NCBI GenBank assembly: GCA_000999025.1
Contig: LCFM01000003.1
Location: 12,253 to 76,252 of the forward strand
Length of the DNA stretch: 64,000 nucleotides
Source of the DNA: Parcubacteria group bacterium GW2011_GWA2_43_13
GTDB lineage: Bacteria; Patescibacteriota; Patescibacteriia; UBA9629; GWA2-43-13
Direction: 5' to 3'
Shown here one piece after another: positions 46,937 through 56,499 of the stretch. A model generated the notes under the pieces. It did not search any database, had not been told where the DNA came from, and saw only the letters and a list, made by a program, of their open reading frames with translations. The translations under genes were made by a program, and so were the position numbers. Every line of letters begins with the position of its first letter. The first letter of the stretch is position 1.

Positions 46937-49900
46937 CTATGATGATCGTCGTGATAATACCTTATCAACTTCAGCAAGCACCTTCTGTGGATCAATATCG
47001 GATGCTCCTATTCGCCTACCATTTTCTTCAACAAAATGAGAACTTTTATATTCATCAGCCCATGCCTTATTGTAGGTACTCCCCCCTTGTTTGTAAATTC
47101 CCCGCGCTACAGGATGCAAAACTCTTCTCGTCGCAGGACCAGACCATGTGATGGGGTTTCCAAGAATCATCATAATATTTGGTGTGCCATACATTGAAGA
47201 AATATGGCCAATACCAGTATCCGGGGTAATAGTCATATCAGCAATATGAACAAGTACGCCGATACTCCCAAGGTCTTCTTTCGCCCGAGTAATATGATAA
47301 CCCTTATCACGAATCAGGCGATCCACCAGTCCTTCACTATACATACTCACCCGTTCTGGCCGAGTATCGTCGAGAAATACAATATGTGCATCAGGATACT
47401 TAGTGCAAATCCCGTCAAAAACCTTTTCCCATTGATCAGGATGATATTCCTTAGGCATAACAGACGAACCTGCAGAAACCACAATCACACGCTCTCCTGA
47501 TTGGATATTATACTTATCTCTTAACGCTTGTTCTCGTTGCGGGAAGTCATGACCTGGTTCCCAATAACGCTCTATTTTATTGATATTGTCAAATAACTTT
47601 TGTCCAAACATCACTTCAAAATTTCTCAAAATACGAGCAGGAAGCATATCATATCGAGTAATTCCTTTAGACACTGCTTTCTCATATACCGTATCTCTCC
47701 TCCTGCGAGGAGCTTCTTCAAGCCGCCAACTCGCATAGTCAATAGACATAACCCGAGAAGAATCAGTAATATCATTTTCACTCAACCCTAATATGTCATA
47801 GCTCTCAAAATTCTTATCAGCGTTTATGAGAAATCGCTCTTTACGCCCCTCCCACACAAAAAATTGTTTCATGCCACCAACTCCATATACTGAAACACCA
47901 GGAAACTGATTTTCCAATGGCTTCATTAAAGAAACCTGATTATTAGCAACAAAGACACGAATTGGCTTTCCTGAAATATTATTCCGTTTCATATATTCAT
48001 GCAACGCCATAATCATAGGCGTTGTAAGTACTGCGTCGCCAATAGGATGATCTAATATAACAACAATTTCTTCAGCGCGCTCAATGCCAGCAATAAGAGG
48101 GCTACGATCATAATATTCCTGTTCAAATGGACGCAATCCGATCCGTGTTTCTTCTAAATAAATATTTTCTATTTGATAATGGATTCGCCGTAACTCTTGT
48201 TGCACGAATGCATCCAAAGAATTATTTTTACCATATTGCTTGTTATATTTCTCAAGTTCTTTTTCATATTTCTGCCGCTGTACTGCCGAAATCGTTGAAA
48301 TCTGTTGCAACTCATGATATCTCTTTATTAAATAATCATATCTCCCCTTCAAACGAGAATCTGCAGCAAACCGCTCAAAGAACTTCTCACTTTCTGTGAG
48401 TGAATGACGGTACACTGCCATATCTGTATAATGTTTTTTCACTTCTCCACGATAATAATCAGGGGTCCGTTCAGGTCCATCTGGAGTTGGTTGCCGAGGT
48501 GGCATAGATGGCCCTCCACGCAACGGTGCGGCTTTGAGTTGGTTGCGTTTCCAGAATGGGAGCGCCCATGGCGACTCAACTGGCCCGCCCGGTGCAGGGG
48601 GCATGATGAGCGGGTTATGTATTGTCGCTTCTATCAACTGCTTTGTCATGTCATTGCCGATTGTAGTAGCTAATGCATGCCCATCTAACCGAATCTCCAT
48701 AAATTTCACCGGATGATGAAGATAATGCAAACTCTGCTCTGTGGTAAACAGTTTTGCGATTTCAGGCGGAAGTGTCAAACGGCCGTCAGGACTTGCGCCG
48801 TCAACTAAAATACTTAACCCCTTTTTATTTAATTCATCTGTCGGAAAAATCGCAAGTTGTAAGTGTTTTAATAATGACCCTTCACTATTCCACTGCCGCA
48901 ACTGATCCCGCAAATGTTCTAATTTGGAATCAAAACTTCCGTCCGGATTTCTGCCAAATTTGTCAAACGCATTTTCCGCGTTTTTCATCAAATTATTGGC
49001 AATGCCTCGAATGTCAAAATAGACCTTTCCATCTGCGGATTTATGCACATACCCCATTTGCTGTTTGCCTTCAAATTCAATCAAGCGATTAAAGAAATTA
49101 CTAAACCGCTTGCCGGGCTCATCATGCCAATCAGCGCGCGCATGTTTATCCAGCATGTCTTTCACATAGTCCATCGGATCAACCACCTTGCTTTCTTTTG
49201 TAATAACATCTTCCATGTTAAATCCATGCTCTTTGAGTTGCGAGATAGTATCTTCGGTCAAACTTCCATCCGGGTTGAAATGCAAATTTTCAAAAATCAC
49301 TTTGCCTTTTTCATTTACCAAATCAAATCCATCTCCTTTGCTATCGGGAATAATATTCATCCCGTCCGGTATTTTTACATTCACATCCTCTGCCCCGGGC
49401 AAATCAACATGCACATCATGAAACCCGGGACGGGGCGCTAACTCTTTAGCATGCTCTGCCACCTCGCCTGCGGCGCCTCCGGCGCCTTGCGCAACCTCAT
49501 GCGCCACGCCAGCGCCTCTTTCACCACTGCCGGTCATGTGATGCCACAACGCCTCAATATAACTGTCAGTTTTCGGCGCATGGCCAACTGCCTCTAATCC
49601 CTTAAACCATGCAAACTGCCCAACCGTTCCGGCTAACCCGCCTACTGCCACGCCAGCCAGCCCTGCGATAACTGCCTGGCCTCTTTTATACCTATCAAAT
49701 GCTTTATCATTCTCTTGGATATTTGAAACCAATGCATTCTTGCGATTATTAAAACGATTCAGAATTTCTACTGGGAGGTTATCATCATCTTCGAATCCAA
49801 ATTTTTTACGTACATCGCGCAATCGAATTTTTACATCAGTCATTGCAATTTCTTTTGTTTTATGCGGAAGGCCATACTGCACACCAATTAAATCAACTGA

Positions 49901-52453
49901 TTTTTTTTGCTCAACCTGAATCCGCGCCATAATATCTGCGACATAATCACGATCAGCATCAGCTAAACTACTTTGCGCATAAATCGCATCAAGTCGAGGA
50001 ATAACTGTTTCCGCTTTAATATGATCGTAATGAAACCGCTCAAGCGCTTTACGCTGGCGATCATTGGCCACTGTTTCCGCTCCAAGCGTTGATTGCCTTA
50101 TCGCAAGCCCGCGATCATATTTCAAATCCCTCATCCTGCGCATTGCCACAAACGCTCCACCGACTGCCATACTTGCAAGCAAAGGTGCCCAGGCAGGAGC
50201 CGTACTTGCAACGGTTGCAATAAATCCAGCAGTCGCAACTGCTTTTGCGCCGCGTCGAAACAAAGCATTGCCGACAAATCCACCTAATACGCCATATGCA
50301 ACTGGATTCGCAAGCACTTTACCGGCATGCTTCCCTAATACAGGAATATTTTCAACAAAATCAACATATTTTTCAAACCGAGTCAGAACCTCTTTAGGCT
50401 TATTATCATACAAATCACGCTGTTTTAATCCGAGCTGAATATCTAATGCCATTTCACGACGCAGATGAGTGAGAACCTTTTCCTCTTCTCCAGGATATTG
50501 TTCTGTAAGCTCTTGAATCCGTGCGCGGTATTCTTGCGCCAATTCCCAAAAATTATTTGCAAACAACAGCCCCCTTGCCTCGCGCTCGCGCGTTGCATCA
50601 TCTGAATAATTCTTTCCATGCAACAATGGTAATAATTGATGTTCAAGTTCCTCATCAAACGCTTGTCGCGTCATGGGATGCATGGCATGACGATAAAATA
50701 AATCAGCCGACACACTATTAATAGTTGCATTATCAGAAACGACCGCGCCTTTTTCATTTTGTTGGTTGATTTCTTCTGCAAATTGACGAATGACTGCGTC
50801 CAACACCTGATACGAAATATCTTGGCTTCCCGCATCAATCTGAATATTACTGTCGCCGCGAACTTTTGCTTCGATTTGTGTAAGTAAATTCTTATTACTT
50901 TGAATTGCGCTTAACGCCTCTTGATAGAATTTAATCAAATACCCTTTCTCGCTTGACCGTACCCACCAGCGTTTCACCATATTAGAATTATCAAGTAAGA
51001 CACGAAGTTTTTCTTCTGCCTCGCGCCATGCGTAGGCCTTTGCGATTTCTGACACATCAATAAGATACGCTTTCTTTTTGCCCAACGGCTGTGGTTGACG
51101 ACGTTCCGGAGTTGGCGTTGGAGTTTGCTCGGTTGGAGGTGTTGGAGTAGGTGCTGGGGTCGGGGACTGAGTTGGTACTGGCGCGGGCGATGTCGCAACT
51201 CTCGGCCGCGGAGTTGCGAGTAAATATTTCCAATGTTTGTGAGGTGTAATGGCTAAAAGGTTGAATGTTTTAGGATCCAACTGCACATGCCCAGCGGCGT
51301 CAACTGTCCCCAGCTGTTTTAGCGTATCAAGCATGACTTGTATATTATGCACATGACTTTGCCATACGCTGTCAACTAATGTTTGTATTTCCGGGGATGA
51401 CCGGGCCATGGTGCGCAAACTTGGATGCCCACCAGAAGCTTGAGCCAAGTAATCATAGATACCGTTTTCCTGCGTCAAAAGCGTTAAGAGCTGATCAAGC
51501 GATATATGGTTTGAATAGGTGTATGCTAACACTTCTTCTTTCCCCCACTTGGCAATATGTTCAAATACAATACGACCAACATGCGAGGAAATAACATCAC
51601 GTATTGTCTTATCAGGAAGTGCCTGCCACCAATCTACAATATTCCAATCCTCCGGTACCTGTGCATTCGGATCACCTATTTTTTTACGAATATTTTCAAC
51701 TTCATTTTGAATACCCCAGTGATCAATATGCTCAGGGAACATTGCTGAATTTGCCCGATGCCGCCATTCATGGCTTTGAATAGTAGCACCAGAAAGAGCA
51801 CCTGTTGTTGATCCATCTACAACAATGATACATCCTCGTAAATCAGGAGCATTCTTTGTAATGCGTGGATCACTATAGGAAAGAAATGCAGCGAGCCCGC
51901 CACTCCCAATAATAGTAATGTAATCGCGCTTATCATAAAAGGTAATATTGATGGTCGAAGGCGTAGGGCTTGTAATGTCAACATCGCCATATAATGACGT
52001 TTCAAAAATATCTGATGCCCATTGTTTGGGATCAGACATCATTTTTTGTGTCCGAAGTACAGCTGCGCATTGATCCACCACTAACCGCACTCGTTGTTCA
52101 ACAAGTTTTCGTTGATAAGTGGTTAATTTATCCATCTGTTCAGGAACCAATACCTCTCTCTCAACTTCTTGATACGTAATAGTCCCTGTCGGTCCGCCAC
52201 TGGGATTATTTTGACGAAACCCTTCAATCACCTCTATGGCATGATCAACAATCCCTGCCATAACCTTATATTCCACAACTAACTCATCGCGCGTATTTTT
52301 ATCAACACGATCTCTACGCGACGGCTCTCCCGGCGCAACAGCCACTAATAGTTGATTGCGGTACTCAGCCAAATCATAATTTGGCGTGGTATCTTGTGAG
52401 TGCGATGAGTCATCCGCTCTACTGATACCAATATACTCTCTTGTTTCTCCCAT
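46937..52453 (-). CDS. giant multidomain protein (1838 aa): membrane-anchored, Pro/Thr-rich linker, HExxH-containing N-region, and a C-terminal GT9 (heptosyltransferase-like) glycosyltransferase domain
   Basis: C-terminus VVILDHPIGDAVLTTP ... IADMTITPDTGIGHISSMYGTPNIMMILGNP matches ADP-heptose:LPS heptosyltransferase (GT9) motifs. Also an HEWRH motif, a PTPAPTPTPP linker and two hydrophobic segments. Confidence 0.7.
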   Translation of the reverse strand: MGETREYIGISRADDSSHSQDTTPNYDLAEYRNQLLVAVAPGEPSRRDRVDKNTRDELVVEYKVMAGIVDHAIEVIEGFRQNNPSGGPTGTITYQEVEREVLVPEQMDKLTTYQRKLVEQRVRLVVDQCAAVLRTQKMMSDPKQWASDIFETSLYGDVDITSPTPSTINITFYDKRDYITIIGSGGLAAFLSYSDPRITKNAPDLRGCIIVVDGSTTGALSGATIQSHEWRHRANSAMFPEHIDHWGIQNEVENIRKKIGDPNAQVPEDWNIVDWWQALPDKTIRDVISSHVGRIVFEHIAKWGKEEVLAYTYSNHISLDQLLTLLTQENGIYDYLAQASGGHPSLRTMARSSPEIQTLVDSVWQSHVHNIQVMLDTLKQLGTVDAAGHVQLDPKTFNLLAITPHKHWKYLLATPRPRVATSPAPVPTQSPTPAPTPTPPTEQTPTPTPERRQPQPLGKKKAYLIDVSEIAKAYAWREAEEKLRVLLDNSNMVKRWWVRSSEKGYLIKFYQEALSAIQSNKNLLTQIEAKVRGDSNIQIDAGSQDISYQVLDAVIRQFAEEINQQNEKGAVVSDNATINSVSADLFYRHAMHPMTRQAFDEELEHQLLPLLHGKNYSDDATREREARGLLFANNFWELAQEYRARIQELTEQYPGEEEKVLTHLRREMALDIQLGLKQRDLYDNKPKEVLTRFEKYVDFVENIPVLGKHAGKVLANPVAYGVLGGFVGNALFRRGAKAVATAGFIATVASTAPAWAPLLASMAVGGAFVAMRRMRDLKYDRGLAIRQSTLGAETVANDRQRKALERFHYDHIKAETVIPRLDAIYAQSSLADADRDYVADIMARIQVEQKKSVDLIGVQYGLPHKTKEIAMTDVKIRLRDVRKKFGFEDDDNLPVEILNRFNNRKNALVSNIQENDKAFDRYKRGQAVIAGLAGVAVGGLAGTVGQFAWFKGLEAVGHAPKTDSYIEALWHHMTGSGERGAGVAHEVAQGAGGAAGEVAEHAKELAPRPGFHDVHVDLPGAEDVNVKIPDGMNIIPDSKGDGFDLVNEKGKVIFENLHFNPDGSLTEDTISQLKEHGFNMEDVITKESKVVDPMDYVKDMLDKHARADWHDEPGKRFSNFFNRLIEFEGKQQMGYVHKSADGKVYFDIRGIANNLMKNAENAFDKFGRNPDGSFDSKLEHLRDQLRQWNSEGSLLKHLQLAIFPTDELNKKGLSILVDGASPDGRLTLPPEIAKLFTTEQSLHYLHHPVKFMEIRLDGHALATTIGNDMTKQLIEATIHNPLIMPPAPGGPVESPWALPFWKRNQLKAAPLRGGPSMPPRQPTPDGPERTPDYYRGEVKKHYTDMAVYRHSLTESEKFFERFAADSRLKGRYDYLIKRYHELQQISTISAVQRQKYEKELEKYNKQYGKNNSLDAFVQQELRRIHYQIENIYLEETRIGLRPFEQEYYDRSPLIAGIERAEEIVVILDHPIGDAVLTTPMIMALHEYMKRNNISGKPIRVFVANNQVSLMKPLENQFPGVSVYGVGGMKQFFVWEGRKERFLINADKNFESYDILGLSENDITDSSRVMSIDYASWRLEEAPRRRRDTVYEKAVSKGITRYDMLPARILRNFEVMFGQKLFDNINKIERYWEPGHDFPQREQALRDKYNIQSGERVIVVSAGSSVMPKEYHPDQWEKVFDGICTKYPDAHIVFLDDTRPERVSMYSEGLVDRLIRDKGYHITRAKEDLGSIGVLVHIADMTITPDTGIGHISSMYGTPNIMMILGNPITWSGPATRRVLHPVARGIYKQGGSTYNKAWADEYKSSHFVEENGRRIGASDIDPQKVLAEVDKVLSRRSS

Positions 52454-52457
52454 AGGG

Positions 52458-52769
52458 CTAACTGTTTAAATAAATATCCCGAAACTCCATCATGGTTTTT
52501 GCCATAATTTCATCAATACTCGGAATTCGTTCATGTAAAAATGACTGTACCTCTTGGCTATTGAAATCATGATTCTCTATGAGCTTTTCAAAATCCTTCG
52601 CATCCTGCGATGAGAATTCCTGAAAAATCGCCGTACCGATATACGCGTTCAAGCGTTGAGTAAGACCTGCCATCATATCTTGACGCAAATTATCTGATAC
52701 TCCGCCCTGTTCTGCCTCATCAATCAATTTTTCTAAAAAATCATGAATAAATTGTTCTCCTTGTTCCAT
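52458..52769 (-). CDS. hypothetical acidic protein (first gene of the giant-protein operon)
   Basis: Ends 4 nt upstream of the giant gene start. The start was set at MEQGEQF to exclude the family A hairpin. Confidence 0.45.
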   Translation of the reverse strand: MEQGEQFIHDFLEKLIDEAEQGGVSDNLRQDMMAGLTQRLNAYIGTAIFQEFSSQDAKDFEKLIENHDFNSQEVQSFLHERIPSIDEIMAKTMMEFRDIYLNS

Positions 52770-52779
52770 AGAAGCGTAT

Positions 52780-52807
52780 GTAGAGACCGGGTGAACCCCA
52801 TCTCTAC
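52780..52807. repeat. Family A-like single hairpin (GTAGAGACCGGGTGAACCCCATCTCTAC, degenerate)
   Basis: Two mismatches relative to the 44417 copy. Confidence 0.7.
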
Positions 52808-52828
52808 AGATTATATCAAAAACAAACA

Positions 52829-53086
52829 CTACGTGCCATTATCTCCATTCCCTCGATCGCTTTTTGCGATTCTCATAGAAAAAAATGCAACAATACCAGT
52901 AATAATCAACGCATAGATAATCTTTGCCATAACTGTTCCGCGGTCTAATGGGAAAATCTCTTCAATAAGCGCCACGATGGCATCGTTCCACGCAAGTCCT
53001 GCTACAACTCCAAGGCCTGCCACAATATAACCCAGTGTTTGCCTATGTAGTTCCTTGGTTAATTTGTCTTGTTTGTTTTTTTTCAT
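52829..53086 (-). CDS. small two-TM membrane protein
   Basis: 85 aa with two hydrophobic helices. Confidence 0.45.
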   Translation of the reverse strand: MKKNKQDKLTKELHRQTLGYIVAGLGVVAGLAWNDAIVALIEEIFPLDRGTVMAKIIYALIITGIVAFFSMRIAKSDRGNGDNGT

Positions 53087-53607
53087 AGTTCAGCTAATAC
53101 CTCAATAACTGTCTTCATAAATACTGGTAAATCATCTGGTTTGCGCGAAGTGATCATATTCCCATCCTGCACTACGGCTTGATCTTCCCAATCGCCTCCT
53201 GCGTTTTTCATATCATCTTTAATTGCAAAAAAAGATGTAACCCGCTTTGCGCGAATCACATCCGCAGATACTAACATCCATCCGCCATGGCAAATCGCGG
53301 CAACCACTTTTCCCGTTTGCGCCATCTGGCGCACAAAATCAACCATTTGTTTGTGGCGACGCATGTAATCAGGAGCAAAGCCACCAGGAATAATCACTGC
53401 ATCAAAATGATGTTCAACAAGTTCATCCATTCCCATCTCCGCAATTGCCTCATATCCGTACTTTCCTTTATACATTTCTCCCTTTTTCACGCCAACAAAA
53501 AATACCTGCGCTCCTTCTTCTTTTAAGCGGTAATACGGATACCATGCTTCCATATCCTGATACAGCGTCTCCATTAAAATCGCAACTGTTTTCCCTTGAA
53601 GTAACAT
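53083..53607 (-). CDS. DJ-1/PfpI-family protein
   Basis: Nucleophile elbow AICHGG and the VIIPGG motif. The start was set at MLLQGK, downstream of the hairpin. Confidence 0.8.
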   Translation of the reverse strand: MLLQGKTVAILMETLYQDMEAWYPYYRLKEEGAQVFFVGVKKGEMYKGKYGYEAIAEMGMDELVEHHFDAVIIPGGFAPDYMRRHKQMVDFVRQMAQTGKVVAAICHGGWMLVSADVIRAKRVTSFFAIKDDMKNAGGDWEDQAVVQDGNMITSRKPDDLPVFMKTVIEVLAEL

Positions 53608-53646
53608 AGATTCTTTCTGTATTGTAACAGAAATCTCCCACCAGTT

Positions 53647-53675
53647 GTAGAGACACCCCCCTGAGGCGTCTCTAT
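53647..53675. repeat. Family A-like single hairpin (GTAGAGACACCCCCCTGAGGCGTCTCTA)
   Basis: Read directly. Confidence 0.7.
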
Positions 53676-54226
53676 AATCCCAAATCATCAGCAATGTCTT
53701 TCATGGCCTCAAGCTCAAGCACAACTAATTCTTCAAGCGTCATACCAAGCAGTTCTTGGCATCTGGCAATAAGATCGCGATCTACTCCGCGAGCAAACCC
53801 CGGTGTTTTAAATTTTTTCAATATTGATTCAGAAATAACTGATGCGAGTTTTTTATCCGGCTGTACCAATGCGCACGCTACAATCAACCCGGTCAATTCT
53901 TCTGCACAATACAATGCCTTTTCAAGCATAGTTTGCGGTTCAATCCCATGCAAATGATTATGCACATAAATCGCTCGGACAACGTCATCATCCACTCCTG
54001 CTGTTTTTAAATATCCTTGCGACATAATGGAATGTTGCAAGGGATCATCTGCTGTTTCTTCCCAATCAATATCATGCAACAGTCCTGCAAGCGCCCATTT
54101 TGCTTGATCTTGTTCAAACCTTTTTGCCAGCGCTTTCATAACTGCTTCTGCCGCAACCATGTGTTTGATTAAACTTTCATTTTTTACATGTTCTCGTAAT
54201 AATGCCATTGATTGTTGTTGTGTCAT
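53672..54226 (-). CDS. HD-domain phosphohydrolase
   Basis: HD motif LLHDIDWEE with additional conserved His and Asp residues. 184 aa. Confidence 0.7.
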   Translation of the reverse strand: MTQQQSMALLREHVKNESLIKHMVAAEAVMKALAKRFEQDQAKWALAGLLHDIDWEETADDPLQHSIMSQGYLKTAGVDDDVVRAIYVHNHLHGIEPQTMLEKALYCAEELTGLIVACALVQPDKKLASVISESILKKFKTPGFARGVDRDLIARCQELLGMTLEELVVLELEAMKDIADDLGL

Positions 54227-54242
54227 AGTATTATTTTCATAC

Positions 54243-54350
54243 CACCCCCTCCTTATACAGGATGGGGAAACTGATACATCACCTCTCCTTTACAAAGAGA
54301 GTGCCCATACGTCTCCCTCTCCGTTGCAAGGAGAGGGTAGGGTGAGGTTT
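54243..54350. repeat. cluster of three Family B hairpins (last copy reverse: CCTCACCCTACCCTCTCCTT-GCAAC-GGAGAGGGAGACGTAT)
   Basis: Intergenic between the HD gene and the MazG-like gene. Also encodes the last residues of the MazG-like ORF. Confidence 0.75.
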
Positions 54351-54678
54351 ACCGACCATCCCCGCTCCCACCTAACACACCACGGTCTTTGCGAGAAAAT
54401 AATTTTTCAATATTTGCTTGCGCGATATCATCTAATGATAATCCAAATTCTGTTGCGCATTGTGAAACATACCACAACACATCACCAAGCTCGCTCTTAA
54501 TATCTTCGCGTTTCTCATCAGATACAACACCACTATCATCCCGCATTATTTTTTTCACTTTTCCGGCAACCTCGCCTGCCTCGCTCGCAAGGCCCAATGT
54601 CGGGTAAATAAAATTCTTTCCCACATTGGGATACAGTGCCGTTGTTTTCGATTTTTGCTGATACTCTTCAAAGTTCAT
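54349..54678 (-). CDS. MazG-like nucleotide pyrophosphohydrolase
   Basis: ASEAGEVAGKVKK ... ELGDVLWYV all-alpha NTP-PPase motifs (EExxE...DxxW). Confidence 0.75.
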   Translation of the reverse strand: MNFEEYQQKSKTTALYPNVGKNFIYPTLGLASEAGEVAGKVKKIMRDDSGVVSDEKREDIKSELGDVLWYVSQCATEFGLSLDDIAQANIEKLFSRKDRGVLGGSGDGR

Positions 54679-54760
54679 AGGATAAAAATAATATCATTAT
54701 CAATATTTTAATGCAAAAAAACAGCTGTCCCGTACGACAGCTGGTGAGAGAAGTCAACGA

Positions 54761-55078
54761 TCAGTACAGTAAGAGAACAACACCTTGTGGGAAACTGATA
54801 ACAAGCACCTTGGGGCATACCGCCTGCAACCACAACGATTGATATATGACAATCGCATCTCGCAACCGAGAAAAGAATCGCTGTTTCACAGATCTGCTAA
54901 GTTGTTCCCACAAAAAACCGACACCCTCCAATGCCATACACGCACACTCAAGGGAATAGCATACCTCCATCTCACCCTGCGCTCGGACAACTCCGCGCAA
55001 TTCATAGATGAATTGTTCGAGCACGCCATCAAAAGCAATGGCGAGATCCGACTGGTCCATGAAAGTCCCCTTCATCAC
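54761..55078 (-). CDS. hypothetical protein
   Basis: 105-aa ORF immediately downstream of the OLD-family gene. Confidence 0.35.
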   Translation of the reverse strand: MMKGTFMDQSDLAIAFDGVLEQFIYELRGVVRAQGEMEVCYSLECACMALEGVGFLWEQLSRSVKQRFFSRLRDAIVIYQSLWLQAVCPKVLVISFPQGVVLLLY

Positions 55079-55137
55079 GTTGTGTTATTTTTATGATACT
55101 CTTCTCCGCCACCACTGTCGAGAAATAAAAAAATACA

Positions 55138-56448
55138 TTATAACACGTCTAAAATGCTCTTAATCACCCGCATTTCTTGTGTATCCAAATCCTGCGCCGT
55201 AATGCCGTGCGCGGCGCGCAAGGCATTGATCGGCTTTTTATCATCTCTCCGCTGATACTTACGCGGATAGCTTTTTTCCAAATCGCCATTAAGAATAAAA
55301 ATATTCGCTCGGCGCAACAGCTGTATCTTTTTATTCCGATTGGCGCGTTCATTCCCATACAGTGTCTGCGCAATCACATCAGACCAATGGCTCCGCAAAG
55401 CATCACCATCCAACATAATCAGGTATGGGATTTTAAACGCCTCAAATACTTTTGCGTAAATATCAATATTATCCTTACTATTGGCATACATAACTTTCAC
55501 ATCCAATTCGCCATGATAAAACCGGTCAATCAATCCGCGCATTAAAATTCTGTCAGACACGCCTTCTACCAATAACACTTGATCCGCAAAAAACATTTCA
55601 GAATTATCAGCATCAAGTTCTTGCTCAAGGCGGTTGGTGTTAATGGCAATACCAGAGTCGGTAAGTTGGTATATTTTTGTATTCCTGTTTTCATCGCGCG
55701 CAACCCGCCATAAATGCGCAATCTGCTGGGGCTGAACAAACACAGGGCTATGCGTGGTTAAAAATATCTGATTATTCAATTTTTTATCCTTTAATACCCG
55801 AACAAATTTTTTGATCAGCGTGGGATGAAGATGCGTTTCCGGCTCATCAATCAGCACAATATCATAATCAGGATGATACACATAAAATAACATCACAAAT
55901 AATCGCTTAAATCCTTCACCCATGCGCCCTAATGGACGATCTTTGCGATCTGAAAACACGGTTGCCAAAAACAGGCGATCGCTGATTTCAATATCATTAA
56001 AATATTCTTTGAGCATCGCGCAAAATTGAGCATATACGGCAGGATGCGTGGATGAAAACTGTTTCAACTCTTGCGCTACTTTTAATGTGTCTGTCTTCTC
56101 TACTCCAATCCGTATCACGCGTTTTTGAATATGTAAGATCGTAGATGTATTTTTTTGCACTTTTCCCCCATCTATCAACCATTGTTGAATATTTTTATGC
56201 TGTTTGATGCTAACATATTCTCCGCTTTTCAAACGCAGAGTAAGTTCCAAATCAGCGCGCGAATCATAAAATCGGTCAGGATCAGGAGATGGATTAAAAA
56301 ACTGCTCAATCGCATCTAATACATTGGTTTTGCCGGAATTATTTGGGCCGATCAAAATCTGAAGATGCGAAAAACGATCAAGCACAATCGGCTCTTCAAC
56401 TGTTTTGTAATGATTGATACGCAACGCTTGTATATGCATAGTAATCAA
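55138..56448 (-). CDS. OLD-family ATP-dependent endonuclease (ABC-type ATPase plus Toprim)
   Basis: Walker A LIGPNNSGKTNVLDAI, Walker B with the OLD signature VLIDEPETHLHP, TTHSP block, and C-terminal Toprim LLVEGVSDRIL. Confidence 0.75.
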   Translation of the reverse strand: MITMHIQALRINHYKTVEEPIVLDRFSHLQILIGPNNSGKTNVLDAIEQFFNPSPDPDRFYDSRADLELTLRLKSGEYVSIKQHKNIQQWLIDGGKVQKNTSTILHIQKRVIRIGVEKTDTLKVAQELKQFSSTHPAVYAQFCAMLKEYFNDIEISDRLFLATVFSDRKDRPLGRMGEGFKRLFVMLFYVYHPDYDIVLIDEPETHLHPTLIKKFVRVLKDKKLNNQIFLTTHSPVFVQPQQIAHLWRVARDENRNTKIYQLTDSGIAINTNRLEQELDADNSEMFFADQVLLVEGVSDRILMRGLIDRFYHGELDVKVMYANSKDNIDIYAKVFEAFKIPYLIMLDGDALRSHWSDVIAQTLYGNERANRNKKIQLLRRANIFILNGDLEKSYPRKYQRRDDKKPINALRAAHGITAQDLDTQEMRVIKSILDVL

Positions 56449-56499
56449 AATATCAGATTTCGATTCTCACATATCAAATTCTCTACGATTAACGCGGTC

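Noticed and set aside
46750-46995. 81-aa minus-strand ORF
   Set aside because: It overlaps the 3' end of the giant gene in another frame. No motif. Likely spurious.
52770-52829. N-terminal extension of ORF 52458..52829 (and similarly 53608..53694 of ORF 53083..53694)
   Set aside because: The extensions are translations of family A hairpins (RDGVHPVSTY, RDASGGCLYNWWEI). Downstream Met starts with conserved protein sequence were preferred.
352-53675. CRISPR array interpretation of the recurring GTAGAGACG hairpins
   Set aside because: Copies are dispersed over 53 kb, one per intergenic region. They have no regular spacing or spacer structure and no cas genes. They fit a REP/BIME-like dispersed repeat, not CRISPR.
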